Below are positions 50,468 to 59,443 of a stretch of DNA of 64,000 nucleotides, piece by piece. A program made the translations under genes and the position numbers. The DNA lies in the IMG/VR virus record IMGVR_UViG_3300014836_000320, positions 1-64,000 of that record. One strand, 5' to 3'. Origin of the DNA: a virus (Duplodnaviria; Caudoviricetes). Each line of letters opens with the position of its first letter. Positions within the stretch are counted from its first letter, which is position 1. The notes beneath the pieces were generated by a model that made no database searches, was not told the origin of the DNA, and saw only the letters and a program-made list of their open reading frames with translations.

Positions 50468-51099
50468 AACCATTGGATCACGACCAACTTGGCGTGGTAA
50501 CCAAACTAGCCAATGAAATTTATAACGGACTAGATGAAGACAAGTATCCTGACTTTAGAGTAGGCTACGATATCAATGCTGAAGAAAATCGAGAAAAATA
50601 TTTTGGCATGTTCATGCTTCCTTCACATTTCATTGGTTTTACTCAGCGAAGAGCCTATGGTGTATTTGACGAAAACAATCAACTGATTTCCGCAGTTGGT
50701 GTTCGTCGTTATAGTCACATGCCTTGCTGGAGTTTAAGTTGGCTATTGAGTCCTAAAATTGGTGCTAGATTTATTCCTTTGTTTAGATACATGGTTGATG
50801 AACTGTGTAAAATTCATGAAACAGCAGGATTCAATGAATTGCTGGTCACTTATCCCAGTTCCAGAGAAGAAGCCTACAGTAGAATCATGTTGTTCATGCG
50901 TGAACGGTATTTTACATTTGTAGAAACCACTATTCCTGCAAAAACAGTCAGTGCTTTTGAATTCATTCACGAACTGTCTGGAAAAACGTTACACCCGCAC
51001 GACATCAATCTGAGAAGATACATACTGCGTAGAGAAGATATGACCCCCGCCAGTGAAGGCGGACAAGCAAAAAGAAAAATAAAACAAGACAATGATTGA
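50452..51099 (+). CDS. GNAT-like acyltransferase fold protein
   Basis: AYGVFDENNQLISAVGVRRYSHMPCWSLSWL; start trimmed to ATG 50452. Confidence 0.45.
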   Translation: MQYSIKPLDHDQLGVVTKLANEIYNGLDEDKYPDFRVGYDINAEENREKYFGMFMLPSHFIGFTQRRAYGVFDENNQLISAVGVRRYSHMPCWSLSWLLSPKIGARFIPLFRYMVDELCKIHETAGFNELLVTYPSSREEAYSRIMLFMRERYFTFVETTIPAKTVSAFEFIHELSGKTLHPHDINLRRYILRREDMTPASEGGQAKRKIKQDND

Positions 51100-52003
51100 T
51101 ACTACTGTAAAAACCTGGCTTGCTGACCAGTGGGATTTATATGCCAAAACTCGGCAAATTCCTTACATTGTTGCACTATGGCTTCCATACCATATTCTTG
51201 GTATTGGTGCTATTTTATTTGCATTGGCCACTGAGTGGAGTTGGTGGTATCCAGTATGGGCTGTTTGCGGCTGGATTCTACTGGACGGCGTAGGCAACAA
51301 CCTAACACTACACAGATTCCTAAGTCACCGCAGTTGGCAACCCCGCAAGTGGATGGAACCCTTTTTACTTTGGGCGGCAACAATGACTGCCGAGGGCTCA
51401 CCAATTTGGTGGGCGGCACTACATCGCGGTCATCACCATAGAGTCAGCGATCAAGAAGGCAAAGATATCCACACACCTGTGGGCAATGGCTGGTGGCACA
51501 GTTACATGGGTTGGCAGTTTGGCATCAAGCAAGACTCAGTGAGTTTCCGCCATGCAGTAGATCTATTGCGTGATCGTAGGCTGGTGTTTATTCACGAAAA
51601 CTACAACAAGATCATCTATGGAACTTTGCTGTTGAGTTGGTTACTGTTTGGTTTGACTTTTACCATTTGGTTCTTTATTGTTGGCGCACTGATGAGTCTA
51701 CATGCTGACGGATTGGTAAACACATTTGGACATGTGCCTGGTGCTGGTTACAAGAACTTTGAAAACCGTGATGCCAGCACCAATGTATGGTGGATTGGTT
51801 ATTTTCATTGGGGCTCAGGTTGGCACAACAATCATCACAGAGAGCCCAGCAGTTTTGATTTTGGTTCAACAGTCAGTGGTAGAAAGTTTGAGTTTGATCC
51901 TTGTTTCTTGATAGTATGGCCATTTGCTTCTACAACGGAATTAAAGAGGTTGTGGAGCAATCGTAAAAATGCTATACTCAAGAGACAAGGAACATCAGCA
52001 TGA
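51092..52003 (+). CDS. Membrane fatty acid (delta-9-type) desaturase
   Basis: His boxes HRFLSH, HRGHH, HNNHH; VNTFGH; hydrophobic spans. Confidence 0.92.
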   Translation: MIDTTVKTWLADQWDLYAKTRQIPYIVALWLPYHILGIGAILFALATEWSWWYPVWAVCGWILLDGVGNNLTLHRFLSHRSWQPRKWMEPFLLWAATMTAEGSPIWWAALHRGHHHRVSDQEGKDIHTPVGNGWWHSYMGWQFGIKQDSVSFRHAVDLLRDRRLVFIHENYNKIIYGTLLLSWLLFGLTFTIWFFIVGALMSLHADGLVNTFGHVPGAGYKNFENRDASTNVWWIGYFHWGSGWHNNHHREPSSFDFGSTVSGRKFEFDPCFLIVWPFASTTELKRLWSNRKNAILKRQGTSA

Positions 52004-52881
52004 CTTTACGAACAGAAATTGATTTTGAGCAAGACAAAACTTACCTTCCAGTCCTGGATCACGGATTTGTTGGTTTAGTTGATCACATGGGATCAGATGC
52101 GGCCATTGTGCAGGCCGCTAGAGTCAGTTATGGAGCCGGCACCAAACAAGTGCAGGATGACCGTAACCTAATTCGTTATCTAATGCGGCACGAGCATACT
52201 ACGCCATTTGAAATGTGCGAAGTCAAGTTTCACCTCAAGTTACCCATCTTTGTGATGCGACAACTTGTTAGACACAGGACAGCCAGCCTAAATGAATATT
52301 CCGCTAGATATTCTGTTATCACAGATGAATTCTACATACCTGATGCCAAAAACCTTAAGCCGCAGAGTTCAACCAATAAGCAGGGTCGAGAAGGAGAACT
52401 CGACAGTATCGCATCAAACCACACCATCTACGATATGCGACAAGCATGGGATAGTAACTACGAACTCTATGAACGCTTTATCAACGACTTTGGCCTGGCG
52501 AGAGAAACTGCTAGACAGATCTTACCGGTGGGTGGATACACCGAGTGTTATTGGAAAGCAAATCTAAAGAACTTTCTGCATATGGCACGACTTCGTATGG
52601 ATAGTCATGCACAATGGGAGATTCAAGAATTTGCCAGAGCCATGTATGCATTGGCTCAACCATTGTTTCCTGAAGCCTGTCAAGCATTTGAAGATTATCA
52701 ACAAAATGCTGTCAAATTCAGTGCCCAAGACCTAGCATTACTCAAACGTATAATCAACAGAGAACGTTGGTTTGATCTGGAACAAGATTTTCGTGACGAC
52801 AAAGGCATTGCCAAATCTTTTGGCATGAGTCAGCGAGAAGTCGTTGAGTTCAAACAAAAGTTAAACTTGGATGCTCTATAA
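52000..52881 (+). CDS. thyX: Flavin-dependent thymidylate synthase
   Basis: HTTPFE, RHRTASLNEYSARY motif, HAQWEI. Confidence 0.96.
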   Translation: MTLRTEIDFEQDKTYLPVLDHGFVGLVDHMGSDAAIVQAARVSYGAGTKQVQDDRNLIRYLMRHEHTTPFEMCEVKFHLKLPIFVMRQLVRHRTASLNEYSARYSVITDEFYIPDAKNLKPQSSTNKQGREGELDSIASNHTIYDMRQAWDSNYELYERFINDFGLARETARQILPVGGYTECYWKANLKNFLHMARLRMDSHAQWEIQEFARAMYALAQPLFPEACQAFEDYQQNAVKFSAQDLALLKRIINRERWFDLEQDFRDDKGIAKSFGMSQREVVEFKQKLNLDAL

Positions 52882-53752
52882 GATCAGTGATCAACCTTTT
52901 TTGAGATTTGACCAGCATCTAGATATTCCTGGATTGTTGGATCTCAAAGAAGAACTTTGCCATGCTTTCACTGAGGCTTGGTTAGGGCTTGGCAAAGGAA
53001 ACCAAGCATTGCCATCAGTGGCAGGTCATCCAGCCAATTGGCCAAACAGCAACAGCAATGTTGAGGAAGTGTATCTTCCTCACTATGAAGGGCAGGAACT
53101 GGCAGGAGCACTACATCAGACTCTCAAAGACCAGTCTGCTCCCGGGCATGCTCGTGTTAAATCTTTTGTAGAAAATGGTCACCCCAGTTACGCATACATG
53201 TTTTTAAAACTGCTGGGTAATAATCAAGGCATTGGCTATCAAATGTTTATCAGACAGCCAACAACCAGCAATTATGCAGAAAAGCATCTGGCAGACAAAA
53301 CCAAAGATTCATTGTATTATGACAGGTTTACTTTTTTCCTAGATTGGGTTAAAAAGCAAAAAATATTTTCTGAGATTGGTCGTGTGGTCGTCTTCTTCAA
53401 TGACCAGCATCAGTTTTGCCTAGTGCATAGAGATCACAATCAATTCAATGTAGTGGAAAATCCAGATGAGTTTGTTTGGTTCAATGTATTTCCGGATCGC
53501 AAACGTTTTTATGTGCTAGATGGTGAAACCGGAGAAAAGCACTACTTTGACAACCATGCAATTTGGTTTGACACAGCAAACTGGCACGGCAGTGATCCTT
53601 GTGCGTTTGCGGCATTTACAATTCGTGTTGACGGAGTCTTTACCAAAACTTGGCGTAAGAAGATTGGATACAAACCAAAAGTCACAGAAGAAAAGAAGGT
53701 TCCTAAGAAACCTTCTAAGTCTAAAAACATGTGGAGTCAGGCTAAGGACTAA
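52871..53752 (+). CDS. 2OG-Fe(II) oxygenase-like protein
   Basis: VHRD...WHG facial triad, IRVDG. Confidence 0.6.
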   Translation: MLYKISDQPFLRFDQHLDIPGLLDLKEELCHAFTEAWLGLGKGNQALPSVAGHPANWPNSNSNVEEVYLPHYEGQELAGALHQTLKDQSAPGHARVKSFVENGHPSYAYMFLKLLGNNQGIGYQMFIRQPTTSNYAEKHLADKTKDSLYYDRFTFFLDWVKKQKIFSEIGRVVVFFNDQHQFCLVHRDHNQFNVVENPDEFVWFNVFPDRKRFYVLDGETGEKHYFDNHAIWFDTANWHGSDPCAFAAFTIRVDGVFTKTWRKKIGYKPKVTEEKKVPKKPSKSKNMWSQAKD

Positions 53753-54809
53753 GTTCTTTAGTGGCAGTTAAACCACCCTGCTCGTTTTCCCACAAGAATC
53801 CCCAGGCATTGTTGTATCTGGTAATGGTAGGCAAACTAGGCCACTTGGTTTTGTGTAGCAGGTAGTTTTGATTGGGCCAAATATCATAGATCAGTTTCTT
53901 TGCTGGTAGTTTGTAACTGGCCCAAGTATCTCCCAACTTGGGTTCTTTGGTATATAGAGCCCAACGTTGAAATTCTTCTGTATCAAAAAAGTTCACAACC
54001 TGACGAGCCATTGCTACTGCCTGTTCCGCAGTAGGAGCATGCATGCTCATACGATACTTCACAGCCTGCCACTTCATGGTAAAGTTTAACCACCATAGAA
54101 AGTCGTGATTGGAATCTAAAGGTATAGGACAGGCATTGACCAAATTGTAAAGCATTTGTTCACGTTCATCTCTGTGCTCTTTGACTTTGTCTAAGAGCCA
54201 AACTAGACTGCCAGTTGTCCAAGGATTATGGATGTCATTGTAGTTTAGTGTAGAGTCCATGTAACTCTTCAGAGTCAAACTACCAAACAGATTATCAGCA
54301 CATTCACCAGTGACACACAGGTAGCGAGGATTTGACACAATATCATAAAATCTGTTGCTGTTGATCAAGCAATGGCCAAAATTTGGCAATATCACTTGTT
54401 TGAAAAAGTCAGGGTTTTCAATCTGACTGTCTTCGTTGAATGCCAACAGCACATGGTCGCGGATGTCATTCCAATAAGGACTTGCTATAAGGAGACAAAC
54501 AATCAGCGTGGAATCAATGCCACCTGAATACATGATCACCAACTTGTCAAGATTTTCATCTTGTTTGAAGCGAGCAATGATATCGCTCATGCGCTGATTA
54601 GCACAGGCTTCAAATGACATAGCCAACCCTGGACTGGGCATAGGGCTATTGTTGTGGATTTCAATCCCTGGCACATTTAGTGTGCCAGTCCTATCACTTA
54701 AACTGATCCAAGGATTAAACATTCGTAAGAAACTGATTTCTGGTGGATCAATTTCTTGTGCAATGTTGCTGTTGATCAGACGGTGTGGAATATAATAGAG
54801 TAAATTCAT
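53742..54809 (-). CDS. Asparagine-synthetase-like PP-loop amide ligase lacking the glutaminase domain
   Basis: MYSGGIDST and VTGECADNLFG; start ATG 54809 overlaps the upstream TAA. Confidence 0.8.
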   Translation of the reverse strand: MNLLYYIPHRLINSNIAQEIDPPEISFLRMFNPWISLSDRTGTLNVPGIEIHNNSPMPSPGLAMSFEACANQRMSDIIARFKQDENLDKLVIMYSGGIDSTLIVCLLIASPYWNDIRDHVLLAFNEDSQIENPDFFKQVILPNFGHCLINSNRFYDIVSNPRYLCVTGECADNLFGSLTLKSYMDSTLNYNDIHNPWTTGSLVWLLDKVKEHRDEREQMLYNLVNACPIPLDSNHDFLWWLNFTMKWQAVKYRMSMHAPTAEQAVAMARQVVNFFDTEEFQRWALYTKEPKLGDTWASYKLPAKKLIYDIWPNQNYLLHKTKWPSLPTITRYNNAWGFLWENEQGGLTATKELSP

Positions 54810-55435
54810 TACATTAACATACTCAAAAATGCATCTTCGTCCATAGCGGCTCTTGCCTGGGCAAATTCTATTTTGTTTGAGGCACAACGAATAGCCTCTT
54901 GATGCTTGATACGCAGGTATTCAAGTTTTCTAATCATGTCTTGTTGATTCATTGATTTGACAGTGATCATCCTGGCAGCAACTTCTAGGTCAAGCCCTGC
55001 GGCATCAGCATAATCTTGAATGAATCCAATGCTTTCAGGATCACGAATACCTCCCAGCACAGACCAAGCCTGTTGTGTTTTGTATTGATAGGCTTCTTGT
55101 TGCCACGGCACCACATCAGCGAATCGTTTGTAACCGTGAGCAATACGCTGATGAAGTTCACCAACTAAACTTACTCTGGCTCGTAGGATCTGACTGAGTT
55201 CTTCAATCTCTGTGGGTTTCTTGGCACCAATCAATGATGTGTTTCTGGGCCCAGAAAATTTAATTTTAAAGTCAACATTGTTGTTTTTGAGTTGCTGGTA
55301 TTCAACATCGTCGACACCATAAATTCTACAGATGGCTCTGAATTCGCTACCGCAGGCACTTTCCAACAAAGACAAACTTTCGTGCCAGGCCAAAACATAG
55401 TTGTCGGCCGTGCAGGCCAATGCTATCCAATTCAT
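54809..55435 (-). CDS. Hypothetical protein coupled to the Asn-synthetase-like gene
   Basis: 208-aa ORF; TAATG overlap. Confidence 0.7.
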   Translation of the reverse strand: MNWIALACTADNYVLAWHESLSLLESACGSEFRAICRIYGVDDVEYQQLKNNNVDFKIKFSGPRNTSLIGAKKPTEIEELSQILRARVSLVGELHQRIAHGYKRFADVVPWQQEAYQYKTQQAWSVLGGIRDPESIGFIQDYADAAGLDLEVAARMITVKSMNQQDMIRKLEYLRIKHQEAIRCASNKIEFAQARAAMDEDAFLSMLM

Positions 55436-55483
55436 TTCTTCACCTTAGTTGTGAAATATATAGTCAATGTTATTTGACAGATT

Positions 55484-56017
55484 TTACCGACCAAATATAT
55501 CTGGAGTGAATCTAGCACTCAACATCAATCGGCGGTGCTCGCGAGATTGATTGATCACTTGGTGTGGTATATCAACGCGGACTACAGTAGGACGATCTAC
55601 TATAACGGATTTAATGACTCTGGGTTCTTCTTGCCAGTTCAGTTTTAGATACTTTAGTCCTTGTCCATTGGCAGTTTCGTCAAGATTAAATTTGCCACCA
55701 TACCAAAGCATTTCACCCACTTCGGTGATTGGCAAATTCAATGCCCAATTGCTGGCTCCAATTCTTTGAGCAGTGAAACCATCAACATGGAGTTCCTGAA
55801 TGTTTTCAGGCGACTGTGCAAACACAATGGCACTTTTGATTTCATGATCGTGGCCTGTGATTTTCTTGACCTGATTGCAAAGCATAGAACCAACCCAAGC
55901 CAACTCTTCGTTTTTGAGAATATAAGATTTTTGGCCATCGACGTCCGGCATCAAGTGCTGGAAACGAACTTTGATCATGGGCCAGGTTACAATGTCAACG
56001 TGTTTGTATAAAAGCAT
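55484..56017 (-). CDS. 2OG-Fe(II) oxygenase-like protein
   Basis: LHVD..WALNLP..PHQV..RRLMLS; TAAATA 5 nt before ATG. Confidence 0.65.
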   Translation of the reverse strand: MLLYKHVDIVTWPMIKVRFQHLMPDVDGQKSYILKNEELAWVGSMLCNQVKKITGHDHEIKSAIVFAQSPENIQELHVDGFTAQRIGASNWALNLPITEVGEMLWYGGKFNLDETANGQGLKYLKLNWQEEPRVIKSVIVDRPTVVRVDIPHQVINQSREHRRLMLSARFTPDIFGR

Positions 56018-56081
56018 GTTTTTATTTAGTCGTGGTCAACAATCATATTATGAGCATATAAATACCTGGATGGAGAGTTTA

Positions 56082-56540
56082 ATGGAACATATCGTAGTCT
56101 TTTTTGCATGGACACTTTATCTATATGTCATACACAGAGCGATTCACGCAGTTGGAGTAAAATATTTTCCAATAGCGTTCCAGGCGCATGCAGACCATCA
56201 TAGATACATCAACACACATGCTAAAACCACCTGGCATTGGAACAATTTGTTTTTGTTCAATGATACCTGGATGAGCACACTTGACTTATGGATTACTGAA
56301 GTAATACCCACCTTGATCTTTAGTTGGATAACTGGCTACTGGTGGGTCAGCGTATTCTACTACTTCTGGGCGGCATTTGTTCAAGAGATAATTGAACACA
56401 ATCCAGACTTTGACATGTATCCTGTGCTTACAAGTGGAAAGTGGCATCTGGTTCATCACCGAGATACCACTGTCAACTTTGGCCTGTTTGTTCCACTATG
56501 GGATAGGCTATTTGGAACCTATCGCCGTCATGTTGGTTGA
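56082..56540 (+). CDS. Fatty acid hydroxylase/sterol desaturase superfamily membrane enzyme
   Basis: His boxes HRAIH, HADHH, HLVHH; NFG..WDRLFGT; TATAAATA at 56057-56064, GGAG SD. Confidence 0.85.
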   Translation: MEHIVVFFAWTLYLYVIHRAIHAVGVKYFPIAFQAHADHHRYINTHAKTTWHWNNLFLFNDTWMSTLDLWITEVIPTLIFSWITGYWWVSVFYYFWAAFVQEIIEHNPDFDMYPVLTSGKWHLVHHRDTTVNFGLFVPLWDRLFGTYRRHVG

Positions 56541-57253
56541 GTTTCAAACCTTTTAGAACTTCCTGAGCGTTCAACCCAATCGTAAAAACTGTTGATTGAT
56601 TTCTTGGGATTATCTATTTCGTGCTCAATGACAACAGGCCAAATTTCAAACCAATGTCGAGTCACTAGACCTTTGCTGGCGCCATATGCGGCATTGGTTG
56701 GATGAAATTTTAGTTTAATGATGTTGCCAGGCATCACGTAACTTTGGCTGGGTCCATTGATAACACCGTGTGCATCTAAGTTTGCCCATGCATGCTCAAT
56801 GGCATTGATAAACTCTGGCACTTTGAACTCTTGGAACAACTTCCATTGACCGCCAATGTATTTCCAAACACTCATAACAACGTGTCTGCCTTTGTAACTT
56901 AAAGTATCAATGAAGATAGTGTCTTCTTCCACTGGCAAGTTTAGGTAAGAACTTTTGCGTTTATCAATGTATCCGGGTATGTTGACATTACATAGTGCAA
57001 TCTGGTCATTGATAGATTCTAAAAATTTGTGGCCTTCTTGATCCCACGCCACAGCAGACATAATTTTTAAACTGCGGTCCCACTCTTCTTTGGCCAAATC
57101 AATGATTCTAACATTTGAAAGATCTGCCGGAACTGTGCCAGACTCTAGTGTTCGTCCATTGGTCAACAGCACAGCAACTTCAGAGTTTTTGACTTTAAAT
57201 GCAGGAATAATTCTAGTGGCTATTTCTGATGGATTGATAAAAAGAATTTTCAC
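56528..57253 (-). CDS. Hypothetical protein
   Basis: 241-aa ORF collinear with upstream minus-strand genes; non-ATG start. Confidence 0.65.
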   Translation of the reverse strand: MKILFINPSEIATRIIPAFKVKNSEVAVLLTNGRTLESGTVPADLSNVRIIDLAKEEWDRSLKIMSAVAWDQEGHKFLESINDQIALCNVNIPGYIDKRKSSYLNLPVEEDTIFIDTLSYKGRHVVMSVWKYIGGQWKLFQEFKVPEFINAIEHAWANLDAHGVINGPSQSYVMPGNIIKLKFHPTNAAYGASKGLVTRHWFEIWPVVIEHEIDNPKKSINSFYDWVERSGSSKRFETQPT

Positions 57254-57257
57254 AATT

Positions 57258-57560
57258 TTACTCTTGATTGAAATGTGTGGCTAACAGGGCACCTACGAAT
57301 CTCGTAACTCTGGTTTTGATCAGTTCGCTGTTCATCATTACTTCAAAATCAACAATGCGATCTAGGTATTGTTCTAACTGCTTAATGCCTAATACTTCCT
57401 TGCTGGTTTTAATTTCACTTAACTCTGCTTGCTTAAACATAAGTTCTGTTCCGTCGTCTAGATAAACTTTGATCCAATCAATGTATTCTACAGGCACTTC
57501 CTCTACATGGATTTCTCTCAGCATATCTTCAAAACTACGATCCTTTTTCCTAATACTCAT
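57258..57560 (-). CDS. Hypothetical protein
   Basis: GGAG SD upstream of ATG 57560. Confidence 0.7.
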   Translation of the reverse strand: MSIRKKDRSFEDMLREIHVEEVPVEYIDWIKVYLDDGTELMFKQAELSEIKTSKEVLGIKQLEQYLDRIVDFEVMMNSELIKTRVTRFVGALLATHFNQE

Positions 57561-57603
57561 CCTTTGCTCCAAAAAGACCGCAACCTAAAACTCCATCGTT
57601 CTA

Positions 57604-58203
57604 TTAGGCCGCGGTTGTCACTTTTGATGGTCTCCCGCGGCCGCGCTTTGCGGGTTCGTCGGGGACCGTTACTAAGTTTGGGACTGCTTGGTCCTTTGGG
57701 TCAAGTTTTTCTGCCTCCTCACGCAGACGTTTGGCTTCGGCTTCAAATGTTCGCGCCTGAGACCTAAACTTGTCAGCAATTTGCTTGTCAGACAACACAC
57801 CTGGTGGGTTTTTGCTTTCAGCAAGAGCCTGTGCTTCTTTTGGTGCTTGGTTGATTAAACGCAATTGTGAATTTAATTCAGCCAGGTTAATTGAAACACT
57901 GGGTTGCGGAGTCATCATAACTGATTTAGTTGTGACTTTTACCAGCCAACCATTTTGATGTAGTGTGTTCAGCATGTTGGTGCCGTCTTTGAACTTTTGT
58001 CTAAACAAAAACTCACTGACTTCTGTGCTTTCTTGAGCGGTTGTGCTTTCAATAGCGGCTATGAGGTCGTCGTGGAATTGTGTTGGTAATGCTTCGGTCA
58101 AGACGATCAATGCATTTTCAGCGTCGCCTGGAACTTCTCGAAAAACCACAATACACTTCTTACCTTTGCCATCAACACCAACGTGTTTAATAAATTTTGG
58201 CAT
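57604..58203 (-). CDS. Hypothetical protein with C-terminal AT-hook-like KRGRGRP
   Basis: 199-aa ORF with SD AGGAGG. Confidence 0.75.
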   Translation of the reverse strand: MPKFIKHVGVDGKGKKCIVVFREVPGDAENALIVLTEALPTQFHDDLIAAIESTTAQESTEVSEFLFRQKFKDGTNMLNTLHQNGWLVKVTTKSVMMTPQPSVSINLAELNSQLRLINQAPKEAQALAESKNPPGVLSDKQIADKFRSQARTFEAEAKRLREEAEKLDPKDQAVPNLVTVPDEPAKRGRGRPSKVTTAA

Positions 58204-58218
58204 AATGCCTCCTTATGT

Positions 58219-58458
58219 TTAGTTTGTGCCGTCAACAGGTGTTGTATCGCCGGTTTCGGTAACTTCTGCACCCTCGCCACCTTCGGTAGTTTCGTCGGCG
58301 GCAGGTGCTGGGGGTTCTGCACTCTTGATAAAGGTAGTCAACTTGTCGTAGACATCACCAATGATCTTCATCTCATTGGCACGAAAAGCGCCGCGCTGGG
58401 CGCCAAGTTCGATAGCGCCTGCGGCTACCTTAAGATCTTGAAGGACTAGTCCTTGCAT
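58219..58458 (-). CDS. Hypothetical protein
   Basis: AGGAG SD before ATG 58458; TAAGTA at 58508-58513. Confidence 0.7.
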   Translation of the reverse strand: MQGLVLQDLKVAAGAIELGAQRGAFRANEMKIIGDVYDKLTTFIKSAEPPAPAADETTEGGEGAEVTETGDTTPVDGTN

Positions 58459-58552
58459 TTTAGTTCTCCTGTTTTGGATTATGGACATGTCACTATGTCC
58501 TCGGAGATACTTATAGTCGCAAAGACTCGGGGTGTTGGCCATTGCGGCCAAA

Positions 58553-58579
58553 AATAAAGCGCACCTGGTGCGCTTTATT
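58553..58579 (-). terminator. Rho-independent terminator
   Basis: 12-bp perfect stem aataaagcgcac/gtgcgctttatt followed by T tract. Confidence 0.8.
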
Positions 58580-59045
58580 CTACCAAGTTACTCCAAACCC
58601 ATCCTGTAATGGATTCGTCATCTGGTGATCCTTTTTGTATTATTTTTATATGGTGCCACCCGTCTCGTGTTTCAAGTATCTCAACTGTAGATCCTTCATA
58701 CAGCACAGACATGATTGGGTAACCCATTCCTGGACCAGTGCGTAGATTTGAATCTACAGAAATTTTACCAACTGCGGTATACTCGCGTTCTGTGGGGTTA
58801 ACCATCGATTCAATTTGTGCTGGTGTTGGTGTTGTTGCCATCGTCACAGATTTGACAACTTTTAATTCAATGGGCTCAACATCTTTCTTGACAGGAAGAG
58901 GTCTATGATTCTGGCAAGTGCTGATTCCGGGTTTATAAAACCAAACACAATTGTAAAAAAAGGAACCAACGTGGATGGAAGTCAGTAGCACAAATGCAAA
59001 TGTCAAACAGGTGACAAAAAAAGGACTGTGCCCAAAACTAAGCAT
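58575..59045 (-). CDS. Membrane-anchored bacterial SH3 (SH3b) domain protein
   Basis: N-terminal hydrophobic helix; SNLRTGPGMGYPIM..GWHHIK..TGWVWSNLV; TGATG coupling. Confidence 0.8.
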   Translation of the reverse strand: MLSFGHSPFFVTCLTFAFVLLTSIHVGSFFYNCVWFYKPGISTCQNHRPLPVKKDVEPIELKVVKSVTMATTPTPAQIESMVNPTEREYTAVGKISVDSNLRTGPGMGYPIMSVLYEGSTVEILETRDGWHHIKIIQKGSPDDESITGWVWSNLVE

Positions 59046-59212
59046 CAATGTGCAACCATTTTTGGTAGATAAGGAACGGAACGAACTCCGTGTAGTTGTT
59101 GCAGGAGTTCACGAGCCTGCTGGGCAGATTCGGCCATGACTCTGACTGTTTTTTCTTCTCCACCTGGTCCAGGTTGTCGGACTGTGGTTTCAAACATTTT
59201 TAAGTTTTTCAT
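59045..59212 (-). CDS. 55-aa hypothetical protein (below the ORF-track cutoff)
   Basis: MKNLKMFETTVRQPGPGGEEKTVRVMAESAQQARELLQQLHG...; TGA overlaps the SH3 gene ATG. Confidence 0.65.
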   Translation of the reverse strand: MKNLKMFETTVRQPGPGGEEKTVRVMAESAQQARELLQQLHGVRSVPYLPKMVAH

Positions 59213-59235
59213 TCTAGTATCATAATAAAGTGCTC

Positions 59236-59405
59236 TGCGAACCCCGGTGGTAATTATACCGCATCAAGCGCCAGGAACCCCCAACACCATCACGCACGGC
59301 CTCCACCCACTCCCCGACGGGTTCCGTTAACGCATTGCCAGCGGCCTTTCGGTTCAAAGACTACCACCCGTGGCTATCACACCACTTCTCATCCTGCGGG
59401 TCACA
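59236..59405 (-). ncRNA. Candidate ~170-nt structured RNA, family unknown
   Basis: 60% GC over 59241-59400 (counted); nested helices 59236-59245/59398-59405, 59246-59252/59362-59368, 59259-59262/59341-59344, 59274-59280/59319-59325; cc-GAAA-gg loop. Confidence 0.6.
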
Positions 59406-59443
59406 GTATCTGCTGATTAGGCAGAACGTTCATTGCCAACTAG

